Shown piece after piece: positions 1 to 10,365 of a stretch of 64,000 nt of DNA; the stretch's first letter is position 1; the number at the start of each line of letters is the position of its first letter. The DNA is taken from NCBI GenBank assembly GCA_020696385.1, contig JAEHCQ010000004.1:192997-256996 (forward strand), given 5' to 3'. The DNA is from Methanobacteriota archaeon. GTDB taxonomy: Archaea; Thermoplasmatota; Thermoplasmata; SG8-5; JAGLSY01. The notes below the pieces were generated by a model, which did not search any database, was not told where the DNA came from, and was given only the letters and a program-made list of their open reading frames with translations. Position numbers and translations under genes: made by a program.

Positions 1-2
1 AG

Positions 3-650
3 TATTACTGGGTAATGGCCGCCCTTGGAGTGGTGGGCATGATCTACGGCGCTCTCATATGTCTCGCGCAGGTTGACCTGAAGAAAATGATCGCTTATTC
101 CAGTATCAGTCACATGGGATTCGTCCTGCTGGGCGCATCCACTCTCAATCTGATAGGCGTGGCTGGTGGAATTTACCAGATGTTCAGTCATGGTATTGTA
201 ACTGCTGTTCTTTTCATGATGTGCGGTGTCATCCATCACAAGACTGGAACAAGGGATATTCCAAAGCTGCAAGGCTTGATAACCAAAATGCCTCAAGCAT
301 CCTTCATCCTTATTGTGGGATTCCTTGCATCACTTGGTCTCCCGGGTCTGAATGGTTTCGTCAGCGAGCTCATGGTCTTCGTTGGAGCCTATGAAGCATA
401 TTCCATCCTCATAGTCGTGCCTTTGATAACACTGGCCATAGGAGCCGCTTACTATATCTGGACAATGCAGAGAATACTCATGGGCGACTTCAATAAAAAG
501 TTGGGAAATGTCACAGACCTTGAGAAATATGAATTGATACCATTGGCAATACTGGTGGTGTTCATCGTGTTCCTCGGTTTCTATCCAAACCCACTGCTTG
601 ATGTGATCTATCCTGCAGCCGAGGCAGTTCTGGGAGGTGTTGTAATATGA
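3..650 (+). CDS. nuoM: NADH:quinone oxidoreductase / Fpo-like subunit M, first copy (5'-truncated by window edge)
   Basis: Frame is open from base 3. DLKKMIAYSSISHMG, HG..TAVLF, LGLPGLNGFVSE and FYPNPLL align end-to-end with the C-terminal half of the next ORF; no NuoL-type C-terminal extension. Confidence 0.85.
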   Translation, partial: YYWVMAALGVVGMIYGALICLAQVDLKKMIAYSSISHMGFVLLGASTLNLIGVAGGIYQMFSHGIVTAVLFMMCGVIHHKTGTRDIPKLQGLITKMPQASFILIVGFLASLGLPGLNGFVSELMVFVGAYEAYSILIVVPLITLAIGAAYYIWTMQRILMGDFNKKLGNVTDLEKYELIPLAILVVFIVFLGFYPNPLLDVIYPAAEAVLGGVVI

Positions 651-2092
651 TACCATATCTATCTTTGATATTACTGATAACACTGTTGGGATCCGTCCTG
701 ACATATCTATTGGGCAAGAATGACAAAACTGCCAAGCTGGTAGCCATAATCTTCTCCATCATACCACTGGTCATATCCATCGTGATGTGGGCGACAATGG
801 ATTTCAATCTATTGGACTTCCAGTTCGTGGAGGATATCCCATGGATAAGCCAATTGGGAATATCATACACACTTGGTGTGGATGGATTGAGCTTCCCAAT
901 GGTCCTATTAGCAACAATACTGGTACCACTGGCTCTCATATTCTCTTGGGATGTCAAACACAAGGTGAGGGAGTTCTTCGCTCTGATGCTTATGCTGGAA
1001 GTTGCCATGATCGGTGTGTTCGTATCACTGGACATGTTCCTCTTCTTCATATTCTGGGAAGTTGGGCTTGTTCCAATGTACTTCCTCATATCAGTATGGG
1101 GAGGCCCAAGGAAGAAATACGCTTCTGTCAAGTTCTTCCTTTTCACCCAGGCAGCGAGTATACTTGTTCTGATGGGCATAGTGGCCATATACTTCGAGAT
1201 CGGCTCTTTCAGCCTTATCGACGCTCTGGCAAATGCAGGCTCCATGGCAAGGGCGGTTCAGATACCGATATTCCTCGGCTTCCTGATCGGTTTCGGTGCC
1301 AAGATGCCTATTGTACCATTACACACTTGGCTTCCAGATGCGCATGTTGAAGCTCCAACTGGAGGCAGCGTCATACTGGCGGGTGTCCTTCTGAAGATGG
1401 GAGGATATGGTTTGATAAGGTTTGGTATTCAACTGATGCCCGAGGCAAGGGAATATTTCATGCCTCTAATGGCCGCCATCGGTGTCATAAGTATGATCTA
1501 CGGAGCCATGCTCTGTCTGGCACAAACCGATTTCAAGCGTCTGATAGCGTATTCCAGTGTGAGCCACATGGGTCTTGTTCTTCTTGGTATCGCGACCATG
1601 ACGATGAATGGACTTAGCGGTGCTATCTTCCAGATGTTCGCACATGGTTTGGTATCCGGTGGTCTATTCATGATGGCCGGTGTCCTGCTTCACAAGACAG
1701 GTACCAGGGATATCAGGGTCCTCCGTGGTCTTGCACCAAAGATACCTCTTACGGCAGTTGCTCTGATCACCCTTTCAATGGCATCACTTGGACTTCCAGG
1801 TCTTGTTAGCTTCATAACAGAGGTTTTCATATTCGTGGGAACCTACGAGGCCTTCGGCCTCTGGGTATTCGTTCCACTGATAGCCGCTGTGCTTACAGCC
1901 GCCTATTATCTGTGGATGCTCCAGAAGGTTGTTTTCGGACCATACAATAAGAAGTTGGGCGATCATCTACATGACCTGTACAGCTATGAGCTCATACCTT
2001 TGGCAGTATTGATCTTCTTAATAGTGCTATTCGGAATATATCCAGCAGCGGTGATTAACATGATAACAGCCTTTTCAGGAGGGATAGTATGA
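647..2092 (+). CDS. nuoM: Complex I / Fpo-like subunit M, second copy
   Basis: LGVDGLS, FFIFWE, KMPIVPLHTWLPDAHVEAPTGGSVILAGVLLKMGGYG motifs; ATGA overlap with upstream gene. Confidence 0.95.
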   Translation: MIPYLSLILLITLLGSVLTYLLGKNDKTAKLVAIIFSIIPLVISIVMWATMDFNLLDFQFVEDIPWISQLGISYTLGVDGLSFPMVLLATILVPLALIFSWDVKHKVREFFALMLMLEVAMIGVFVSLDMFLFFIFWEVGLVPMYFLISVWGGPRKKYASVKFFLFTQAASILVLMGIVAIYFEIGSFSLIDALANAGSMARAVQIPIFLGFLIGFGAKMPIVPLHTWLPDAHVEAPTGGSVILAGVLLKMGGYGLIRFGIQLMPEAREYFMPLMAAIGVISMIYGAMLCLAQTDFKRLIAYSSVSHMGLVLLGIATMTMNGLSGAIFQMFAHGLVSGGLFMMAGVLLHKTGTRDIRVLRGLAPKIPLTAVALITLSMASLGLPGLVSFITEVFIFVGTYEAFGLWVFVPLIAAVLTAAYYLWMLQKVVFGPYNKKLGDHLHDLYSYELIPLAVLIFLIVLFGIYPAAVINMITAFSGGIV

Positions 2093-3558
2093 ATTATCTG
2101 ATATTACTTCCACAGATGATACTCGTGGCTATAGCCATGCTGATACCGGCCATTGACCTTTACGGCAAGGACAAAGCACGTATCTTGCCTTACCTGGCCT
2201 CAGGTGCTTTGGGAATTTCCCTACTGTTCCTGGCAATATTCACAGGCATCATTCCGCTTGAGATATTCGATATCACCATACCCACATCATTGTTCGGTGG
2301 AATGCTGGTCATAGACAGGTTCGCGCTATTCCTTCAATTACTGTTCGGAACGGTCACTCTTTTCGTAGTGATGGCATCATCCACCTACATCAAGAAGAAC
2401 GAGCGCAACCAGGGCGAGTATTATTCCCTGCTTCTGATCGCGACAGTCGGTATGATGGTCGTGGCAATGGCCAATGATCTGATAACATTGTTCATCGGTC
2501 TTGAGATCGCCAGTATATCATCATACGCACTTGCGGGCTTCAGAAAGAACGACAAAAAGAGTGCGGAAGCCGCGATGAAATACTTCATCATCGGTGCTCT
2601 GTCCTCGTCTATCGTTCTGTATGGAATATCATTGTTCTATGGATTGACTGGAACAACAGATCTTGCTCAGTTCGGAACTGCATTGTCAAACCTGAACTCA
2701 GGCCAGGATGGTCTGCTTGCAATGGCCACGATATTCCTCATCGCGGGATTCAGCTTCAAGGTCGCAGCAGCTCCATTCCATATGTGGGCTCCAGATGTCT
2801 ACCAGGGTGCGCCAACAACCATAACCACCTTCCTGGCCGCAGGGTCGAAGAAGATGGGATTCGCAGCCTTGTTCAAGGTCTTCCTTTTTGGTCTTATCTC
2901 ATTCAAGGCCGATTGGGCAATTGCTTTTGGAGTGATGGCAGCTCTTACCATGACAATTGGTAATCTCGCGGCATTGAAGCAACAGGACCTGAAGAGGATG
3001 CTCGCTTACTCGAGTATCGCACAGGCGGGTTACATAATGATGGCTCTGGCAGTTGCCACCCAGTATGCATTGGGCGGCGCATTGTTCCACATACTCACAC
3101 ACGCCTTCATGAAAACAGGTGCTTTCATAATCGTGGCAATGTTATCCGTCATGCTCATTGGCTCCAGGGTGGAGGATCTACGCGGTCTGAGGATCAAATC
3201 TCCGATCACGGCTTTCTGTATGGCGATAATGATGTTGTCATTGGCCGGAATTCCGCCTCTGGCAGGTTTCGCCTCCAAGTTCGTGCTGTTCTCCAGTGCG
3301 ATCGATGCTGGCGGCTGGCTTATCTGGCTTGCTGTGATAGCTGTCATAAACAGCGCTATCTCCCTGTACTACTATGCGAGGGTCCTGAAGGAGATGTACG
3401 TCCTGCCAACTGGAAAGAACAAGCCGATAAGGATGAAGGAACCACTGGCGATGTTGATACCTATTGTATTGGCAACGGCAGCCGTGATAATAATCGGTCT
3501 GTACCCCGCGCCTTTCGTGGATGCGGCAATGGACGCGGCAAGAGCTTTGATTCCATGA
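2089..3558 (+). CDS. nuoN: Complex I / Fpo-like subunit N
   Basis: SAEAAMKYFIIG, FKVAAAPFHMWAPDVYQGAP, KRMLAYSSIAQAGY, SLAGIPPLAGF. Confidence 0.95.
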   Translation: MNYLILLPQMILVAIAMLIPAIDLYGKDKARILPYLASGALGISLLFLAIFTGIIPLEIFDITIPTSLFGGMLVIDRFALFLQLLFGTVTLFVVMASSTYIKKNERNQGEYYSLLLIATVGMMVVAMANDLITLFIGLEIASISSYALAGFRKNDKKSAEAAMKYFIIGALSSSIVLYGISLFYGLTGTTDLAQFGTALSNLNSGQDGLLAMATIFLIAGFSFKVAAAPFHMWAPDVYQGAPTTITTFLAAGSKKMGFAALFKVFLFGLISFKADWAIAFGVMAALTMTIGNLAALKQQDLKRMLAYSSIAQAGYIMMALAVATQYALGGALFHILTHAFMKTGAFIIVAMLSVMLIGSRVEDLRGLRIKSPITAFCMAIMMLSLAGIPPLAGFASKFVLFSSAIDAGGWLIWLAVIAVINSAISLYYYARVLKEMYVLPTGKNKPIRMKEPLAMLIPIVLATAAVIIIGLYPAPFVDAAMDAARALIP

Positions 3559-3616
3559 TGATATGGAATCCCTGATGCCATAAAAGAAAACGAGATGAAG
3601 CAGGAAAGCAGTGAAA

Positions 3617-3660
3617 GGGGCATGGTTGAACATGCCCCACTTTTCCCTTTTTAGTTTTTA
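3617..3660 (+). terminator. Putative terminator of the nuo operon
   Basis: GGGGCATG-gttgaa-CATGCCCC stem followed by T-rich tract TTTTCCCTTTTTAGTTTTT. Confidence 0.65.
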
Positions 3661-3769
3661 GATATGGTTATGTTATACATCACTCTCCCACCACCTTGCG
3701 GTTCTCCCATCTCGAATATTATTGAATGAATCACCCCCTATCTTGATTGTGTAAAATTGTGCTCAATTT

Positions 3770-3845
3770 ATTGATAATAATTATCATTATTTTTACAAAT
3801 TAATCATTCATTTATTAACTAATGCTCAATAAAGTTTATATCTCA
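3770..3845 (+). promoter_or_regulatory. Candidate promoter region of the hdr-flx operon
   Basis: AT-rich spacer; AAAG-TTTATAT (BRE/TATA-like) at 3831-3841; palindrome TGATAA-taa-TTATCA at 3772-3786. Confidence 0.4.
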
Positions 3846-3984
3846 AAGTTTCTTTACCGCCCTTTATAGCTATACAATATATATTATACAAAAGAATGAA
3901 ATGAATTATATATCGTATATGGCCCAAGTTTGGAATCGCCGTACGTATGAATATCAAACTTGGGATACGGGAGGCACGATATCG

Positions 3985-4539
3985 ATGACAGTTACTGATA
4001 AGAACAATGTCAAAAGTGATGAGATCATTACCGCGGATCAGCTCGATCTAAATTTCAAGTACGAGGTGGCCGAGGAGATAGGTGGCGAAGGAATTCTACA
4101 ATGTTTTCAATGCGGCACCTGCACGGCCACATGTCCAGTTCGTAAATTCGATCCAGACTTCAATGTGAGGAGAGTTATTCGTCTCACATTGCTCGGAGCC
4201 AAAGAGAAGGTCCTTACCAGTGACTTTGTCTGGATGTGTTCCACCTGTTATTCATGTTACGAGCTGTGCCCACAGAATGTCAAGATAACTGATGTCATGA
4301 CAGCTCTGAAGAACCTGGCCGTTAAGAATGGCCATGCTCATCCGAATGTCAAGGTCCACATTCCGATCCTGGAAGAGTTCGGTCACCTTGGTGAGATAAC
4401 TGAATTCGAGAACACTATCAGGGAGAAGCACGGTCTCCACGAGATCGTCCAGAACCCAGATAAGGTCAAACTTATCTTCGAGAAGCGCAAGTTGAAGCTC
4501 TTCATGGAAGGCAAGCTCAAAGATGAAGGAGGTGTGTGA
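3985..4539 (+). CDS. hdrC: Heterodisulfide reductase subunit C
   Basis: CFQCGTCTATCP and WMCSTCYSCYELCP; start moved to ATG 3985 after GGGAGG. Confidence 0.93.
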   Translation: MTVTDKNNVKSDEIITADQLDLNFKYEVAEEIGGEGILQCFQCGTCTATCPVRKFDPDFNVRRVIRLTLLGAKEKVLTSDFVWMCSTCYSCYELCPQNVKITDVMTALKNLAVKNGHAHPNVKVHIPILEEFGHLGEITEFENTIREKHGLHEIVQNPDKVKLIFEKRKLKLFMEGKLKDEGGV

Positions 4540-5418
4540 ATGGATTACCTACTCTACACCGGATGTACTGTTCCTTTGAGGGCGGTTGGATATGAAGTGG
4601 CTGCGATCAAGGTCGGAAAGGCATTGGGAGTCAACCTACTCCCAATGGAGGAATTCACCTGCTGCGGCTACCCGATAACATTCCTTGACAATGACAGTTC
4701 CATGGCTCTGGCAGTTCTGAATATCTGCCTTGCTGAGGAGAAGGGATTGAACATCGCGACATTATGCAATTCATGCACCGGTAATTTGACAAAGGCGAAT
4801 TACCGGATGAAGACCGAGGAGAAGTTCAGAAACAGGATCAATGAGCTCATCAGCCCGACTGGCCACCAATGGAAAGGAACTATCGAGATCAAACATTTCG
4901 CCAGGATCCTTTACGAGGATGTCGGAGAGGAAAAGATGAAAGCCAGAGTGACAAAAAGCCTGGCCGGCAGCAATATCGCTCCCATGTATGGCTGCCATTA
5001 TCTGAAACCTTCCAAGATCTATGATGGCTTTGATCATCCAGATCATCCAAAGTCCATGGAAACACTTATTGAGGCAACAGGCGCGAAACCAGTTGAATAT
5101 GTTGAGAAGACCCTTTGTTGCGGAGGTCCAATATTGGCACTTGGAGAGGAGATGCCAATGAACATGTCCCAGCGCATACTGGACGGTATGAAGAGAGAGA
5201 AGGCGGATGTCGCCGTCGTGGTGTGTCCCTTCTGCAATGTGATGATGGGTGAGTATCAATCCACCATCGGTGATAAGGCCGGGACAGAGTATGGAATACC
5301 CACTTTCTACATGCCACAGATAATCGGTCTGGCATTTGGTTTCACACCAAAGGAACTTGGCCTGAAAAAGAAACAGGTCAAGAAAGCATTTGGCGATATT
5401 TTAGAGGAGGTTGAATAA
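4540..5418 (+). CDS. hdrB: Heterodisulfide reductase subunit B
   Basis: Two CCG domains: YTGC/TCCG/CNSC and YGCH/LCCGG/CPFC. Confidence 0.93.
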   Translation: MDYLLYTGCTVPLRAVGYEVAAIKVGKALGVNLLPMEEFTCCGYPITFLDNDSSMALAVLNICLAEEKGLNIATLCNSCTGNLTKANYRMKTEEKFRNRINELISPTGHQWKGTIEIKHFARILYEDVGEEKMKARVTKSLAGSNIAPMYGCHYLKPSKIYDGFDHPDHPKSMETLIEATGAKPVEYVEKTLCCGGPILALGEEMPMNMSQRILDGMKREKADVAVVVCPFCNVMMGEYQSTIGDKAGTEYGIPTFYMPQIIGLAFGFTPKELGLKKKQVKKAFGDILEEVE

Positions 5419-8400
5419 TGACGGCTGACAAGAAAGGAGTTATGGTCATAGGAGGAGGTATTGGAGGTATTCAATCAGCTCTTGACCTGGCAGATTCTGG
5501 AGTGAATGTTTATCTGGTCGAGAAAGGCCCATCAGTTGGTGGCCGAATGGCCCAGCTGGACAAGACCTTCCCGACAAATGATTGTTCCATGTGTATCCTG
5601 TCGCCAAAGTTGGTCGCAGCATCCAGACACCCGAAGATCAATTTGTTGACAATGTCCGAAGTGAAGAAACTGGAAGGCGATCCAGGAAACTTCAAGGCTA
5701 CAATTATCACCCATCCGAGATACATCGACATTAGCAAGTGTGTTGGTTGTGGTGACTGCGCGGAGGTTTGCCCCATCGAAATGTCAAATGAGTTCGATGC
5801 TGGAACCGCCACGAGGGGAGCGACATACATTCCGTTCCCACAGGCCACTCCACTCAAATATTCAATTACAAGACACGGTACTCCACCTTGTGAGGCCGAG
5901 TGCCCAGCTGGAGTTCACGTTCAGGGTTATGTCGCACTTATTGCCAAGGGCAAGTACATGGAAGCTCTAGAGCTTCATAGGGAGTTCAACCCACTACCGA
6001 TAATCTGCGGCAGGGTTTGTCCACATACCTGTGAGAGCGTGTGTAACCGTGCGGAAGTGGATGAGCCGATCGCGATCGCTCATCTAAAGAGATTCATGGC
6101 AGCTTATGAGATGGATAATAGGGACGGACCTGTCGAGCCTTTCGACCAGACTGATGGCAAGACCATTGCCATCATTGGTTCAGGTCCTGCTGGATTGACA
6201 GCCGCTTATTACCTGGCCAGACACGGCCATAAGCCAACCATTTACGAAGCACTGCCAGTTGCTGGCGGTATGCTGAGAGTTGGTATCCCCGAGTACAGAT
6301 TACCAAGAGACTTACTCCAGGCTGAGATAGATTACATCAAGGCCAAGGGAGTGGACATCCAGCTTAATAAGAGGCTTGGAACTGACATAATGCTGGATAA
6401 TCTCAAAAGAGATTATGATGCAGTGTTCCTGGCTATAGGCTCTCATGTCTCAAAATCCATGAGAGTGACAGCGGAGGACACGCCAGGTGTAATTCCTGGT
6501 GTGGATTTCCTGCGTGATGTCAATCTGGGCAAGGAAGTTCAGCTTGGAAACAAGGTCGCCGTCGTTGGTGGCGGAGATGTCGCTATCGATGCTGTAAGGG
6601 TCGCTCACCGTCTGGGAAAAGAAGCCTTCATGATCTACAGAAGGACCAGGAACGAGATGCCCGCTCACGAAACTGAGATCGTCGATACCGAGGAAGAGGG
6701 TATCGAGATCAAATTCCTCACACAGCCTGTGAGAGTTGTCGAGACAGGCGGGAAGGTATCTGGTATCGAGTGCGTTCGTATGGAATTGGGAGAGCCAGAT
6801 GACAGCGGAAGGCGCAGACCAGTTCCGGTCGAAGGTTCTGAATTCATCATCGAAGTTGATAATATTATCCCAGCTATTGGCCAGGATTCCGATGTCGAGT
6901 ACCTCAAACAGGCAGGTATCAGTACGACGGATTGGAAGACCATCGTCGCATGTGAAGAAACCTACATGACCAGTGATGAAGGTGTGTTTGCTGCCGGAGA
7001 TGCAGTATCTGGCCCATGGACAGTTGTAGGTGCGGTTGGCGGAGCGAAGAAAGCCGCCGATGCTATCAATTCTTACCTCATTGGCGAGGATTTCCCGATG
7101 GAGTGCAAGCTCCAGGATGTCATCACTTTCGAGGATCTGATGCTGGAGAAAAAGCTGGAATCAGCCCCAAGAGCATGTGTTGACACTTTAGATGTCAAAC
7201 AGAGGGAATGCAATTTCAAGGAAGTTGTAGGCCAGCTTACGGAAGCACAGGCAGTTGCCGAGGCAGAGCGATGCTTAGCCTGTGGTGGTTGCTCGGGTTG
7301 CTGGCAATGTATCGGGGCTTGTGAAGCAGATGCTATAGATTTCTCACAGGAAGAGATCGAGCAGGAAGTGGATATCGGCTCTATCGTCGTTGCCACGGGA
7401 TTCGATCTAATCGATGCTGGCTTTAGGCCAGAGTACAATTATGAGAACTTTGACAATGTGATAACAGGTATCGAGTTTGAGAGATACCTGAGTGCATCCG
7501 GACCTACCAGCGGTCATCTTATCAGACCAAAGGATCACAAGCCTCCCAAGAAGATTGCCTTCATCCAGTGCGTGGGATCTAGGGATGAGCATTATGGATG
7601 CGCGTACTGTTCCAGAGTTTGCTGTATGTACGCGATCAAGGAAGCCATGCTGATCCGGGGCCATGACAAGGATGTTGAAGACATTACAATTTTCTTCATG
7701 GACATAAGGGCCTTTGGAAAAGGCTTTGAGCAATATTATGAGCGTGCGAAGGATGAGAACATAAACTTCTCAAGATCCAGGCCATCTCATTTCATAGAAG
7801 ATCCCGAGACTGGGGATGTATTGATCCAGACCGAAGATACAGAAACTGGTGAGATCAGCGAGTACCGAGCTGACCTCGTAGTTCTATCCTCAGCCATGGT
7901 GCCATCCAAAGGAACTGATGAACTGGCTGAGAAGCTGGGTGTGGAATTGAACGAGTCCGGTTTCTTCAAGGAAGGCGAGACTGACAATATCCCATTAGAA
8001 ACGACCAGGCCAGGAATTTATTCCTGCGGTTGCTCGTCAGGGCCTAAGGATATTCCAGATACTGTATCTCAAGCATCTGGAGCCGCCGCCAAAGCTGGCG
8101 AATGGGTGAAGGATTATAGGGCCGCGCCCGAGAAGAAGGATATCCCTCAAGTTGATGCATATGGCAAGCCCAGGATCGGTGTGTTCATCTGTCACTGTGG
8201 TCTGAACATCGGAGGAACTATCGATGTGGTGGATGTTGCCAAGTATGCGAAAGAACTTCCATATGTCGAGTACACTGATGCAAATGTTTACACTTGCTCG
8301 GAGAACACTCAGGGCGAGATCCAGGATCTCATACACAGTGAGAAACTGAACAGAGTGGTAATTGCTTCTTGCAGTCCACGAACCCACGAGCCTATTTTCA

Positions 8401-9863
8401 GACAGATGTGTGCTGAAGCAGGACTGAATCCATATCTATTCGAGATGGTGAACATACGTGACCAGGGGTCATGGGTTCATTTGAATGAGCCCGAGGCAGC
8501 GACCGCGAAGGCAAAGTCCTTGGTCGCGGCCGCAGTTGCCAAGTCCAGATTCCTGAAGCCATTGGTGGCTAGCGAACTGGAAGTGAACCATGACGCGCTC
8601 GTCATCGGTGGTGGAGTATCTGGACTCACAGCAGCCATAAGCCTGGCATCTTTAGGATTCGAGGTTAGCCTTGTGGAGAAGACCGACAAGCTCGGTGGAG
8701 CCTTGCTGGACAAAGGTATGCTCATACCCTCTAATGTTGAAGCTGTCGACATGGTGGCCGATCTGATAAAGAAGGCCGAGGACAAGGGAGTGAAGTTCTT
8801 CAAAGAGACCGAACTCACGGACTTGGAAGGCTTTGTTGGAAACTTCAGGGTCAAAGCCATGCAGAAGGGAACTGAGGAACTTGATTTCGAGATCGGAGCC
8901 ATTATACTGGCTATAGGTGCGAAGCTCTATGAGCCTACGAAGGGCGAGTTCGGTTACGGCCTGCATCCAAATGTAATAACCAATCAGGACCTGGAAGAAC
9001 TCATGATGAAGCACCAGGGCGACAAGCTCATGCTCAATGGAAAAGAGCTGAAGCGCGTTGCCATGATACACTGTGTTGGCTCTCGTGACAAGGAAGGTTT
9101 CAAGGACTGCTCCAGATACTGCTGCCAAGTGACGCTCAAGCAGATAGACGAATTGAGGGCTCTGGGTATCGATACCGTGGATTACAACCGGGACATACGT
9201 GCTTTCAGCAAGGGAGCGGAAGAATTGTATAGGAAGACCAGAGAGGATGGTACAATGTACATGCGCTACACTCCTGAAGAACTTCCGGAGATCATTCCGG
9301 ATGGCGATGGTGTGAAGATCAGAGCTTACGACACTCTGGTCGGAGCGACTGTCGAGTTGCCATTTGACGCCGTTGTCCTGTCAGTGGGAATGAGAGCTCA
9401 TGAGCTTGATGTTAAACATTTGAGAAGCCTGATGAAAGTTCCAATGGGCGCGGATGGTTTCTTCTTAGAAAGCCATCCGAAGCTGGGACCTGTTGAGACC
9501 AATACCGCTGGTATCTATCTTTGTGGAACCGCTCAGTTCCCCAAGGACGTGGTCGATACCATCGCTCAGTCATATGGAGCAGCCGCCAAGGCAGCCACAG
9601 TTCTGTCCAAGGACAAGCTCCTGGGTGTTGCCCAGATATCCAGTGTCGATCCAGAATTATGCATAGGTTGTGAGACCTGTATCGATATCTGTCCTTACAA
9701 TGCCATCGAGAAGGAGAAGGGCAAGGCCAAGGTATTGGAAGCCGTTTGTAAGGGTTGCGGATCATGCGCGGCGGCTTGCAGGAACGGTGCGATACAGCAG
9801 GCTGGCTTCAGGGATGAGTACATCGTTACTATGATCGACAATGCTCTAGAGGAGGTGGAATAG
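5418..9863 (+). CDS. hdrA: Large HdrA (HdrL-type) with inserted GltD/NfnB-like NAD(P)/FAD oxidoreductase and duplicated HdrA modules
   Basis: GGRMAQLDKTFPTNDCSMCI start; PPCEAECPAG...ICGRVCPHTCESVCNR, GSGPAG, GGGDVAID insert; YCSRVCCMY; RIGVFICHCG; CSRYCC; C-terminal ferredoxin. Confidence 0.92.
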   Translation: MTADKKGVMVIGGGIGGIQSALDLADSGVNVYLVEKGPSVGGRMAQLDKTFPTNDCSMCILSPKLVAASRHPKINLLTMSEVKKLEGDPGNFKATIITHPRYIDISKCVGCGDCAEVCPIEMSNEFDAGTATRGATYIPFPQATPLKYSITRHGTPPCEAECPAGVHVQGYVALIAKGKYMEALELHREFNPLPIICGRVCPHTCESVCNRAEVDEPIAIAHLKRFMAAYEMDNRDGPVEPFDQTDGKTIAIIGSGPAGLTAAYYLARHGHKPTIYEALPVAGGMLRVGIPEYRLPRDLLQAEIDYIKAKGVDIQLNKRLGTDIMLDNLKRDYDAVFLAIGSHVSKSMRVTAEDTPGVIPGVDFLRDVNLGKEVQLGNKVAVVGGGDVAIDAVRVAHRLGKEAFMIYRRTRNEMPAHETEIVDTEEEGIEIKFLTQPVRVVETGGKVSGIECVRMELGEPDDSGRRRPVPVEGSEFIIEVDNIIPAIGQDSDVEYLKQAGISTTDWKTIVACEETYMTSDEGVFAAGDAVSGPWTVVGAVGGAKKAADAINSYLIGEDFPMECKLQDVITFEDLMLEKKLESAPRACVDTLDVKQRECNFKEVVGQLTEAQAVAEAERCLACGGCSGCWQCIGACEADAIDFSQEEIEQEVDIGSIVVATGFDLIDAGFRPEYNYENFDNVITGIEFERYLSASGPTSGHLIRPKDHKPPKKIAFIQCVGSRDEHYGCAYCSRVCCMYAIKEAMLIRGHDKDVEDITIFFMDIRAFGKGFEQYYERAKDENINFSRSRPSHFIEDPETGDVLIQTEDTETGEISEYRADLVVLSSAMVPSKGTDELAEKLGVELNESGFFKEGETDNIPLETTRPGIYSCGCSSGPKDIPDTVSQASGAAAKAGEWVKDYRAAPEKKDIPQVDAYGKPRIGVFICHCGLNIGGTIDVVDVAKYAKELPYVEYTDANVYTCSENTQGEIQDLIHSEKLNRVVIASCSPRTHEPIFRQMCAEAGLNPYLFEMVNIRDQGSWVHLNEPEAATAKAKSLVAAAVAKSRFLKPLVASELEVNHDALVIGGGVSGLTAAISLASLGFEVSLVEKTDKLGGALLDKGMLIPSNVEAVDMVADLIKKAEDKGVKFFKETELTDLEGFVGNFRVKAMQKGTEELDFEIGAIILAIGAKLYEPTKGEFGYGLHPNVITNQDLEELMMKHQGDKLMLNGKELKRVAMIHCVGSRDKEGFKDCSRYCCQVTLKQIDELRALGIDTVDYNRDIRAFSKGAEELYRKTREDGTMYMRYTPEELPEIIPDGDGVKIRAYDTLVGATVELPFDAVVLSVGMRAHELDVKHLRSLMKVPMGADGFFLESHPKLGPVETNTAGIYLCGTAQFPKDVVDTIAQSYGAAAKAATVLSKDKLLGVAQISSVDPELCIGCETCIDICPYNAIEKEKGKAKVLEAVCKGCGSCAAACRNGAIQQAGFRDEYIVTMIDNALEEVE

Positions 9864-10310
9864 ATGACTGACAATAATGAGAACAATGAGAATTTCGAAC
9901 CAAAGATAATCGCCTTCCTCTGTACTTGGTGTTCATACGCAGGTGCGGATCTGGCAGGCTCGGCAAGGATACAGTACCCGACCAATGTGAAGATAATCAA
10001 GGTCATGTGCTCGAGCAGGATCAATCCACTCTTTGTACTGAGAGCTTTCAGGAAGGGAGCGGACGGTGTTCTTGTTTCAGGATGCCATCCTGGAGATTGC
10101 CACTATCTGACTGGTAATTACTTCACCAGGCGTAGACTTATCTTATTCAAGAAACAGCTGGAATGGGTAGGAATTGACCCTCGCAGATTTCACATGAGCT
10201 GGGTGTCCGCATCCGAAGGCCAGGGCTGGGCCGATGTGGTGAATAAAGTTATAGACGATGTCAAGGAGCTTGGTCCTCAGGATGAGATGAAAAGGAAGGT
10301 GGTTGAATGA
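9864..10310 (+). CDS. flxD: MvhD-like [2Fe-2S] subunit (FlxD)
   Basis: FLCTWCSYAGADLAG, VMCSSR, GCHPGDCHY. Confidence 0.9.
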   Translation: MTDNNENNENFEPKIIAFLCTWCSYAGADLAGSARIQYPTNVKIIKVMCSSRINPLFVLRAFRKGADGVLVSGCHPGDCHYLTGNYFTRRRLILFKKQLEWVGIDPRRFHMSWVSASEGQGWADVVNKVIDDVKELGPQDEMKRKVVE

Positions 10311-10365
10311 ATTCGTTATCACTCATCATTCAACTCGACACCTCCAAATTTATGGAGGTGTTGTC

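Noticed and set aside
3747-3767. Rex operator upstream of hdrC
   Set aside because: Only the TTGTG left half matches; there is no CACAA right half.
9864-10310. Selenocysteine or pyrrolysine recoding in MvhD/HdrA
   Set aside because: The frames are uninterrupted and the usual Sec positions are Cys.
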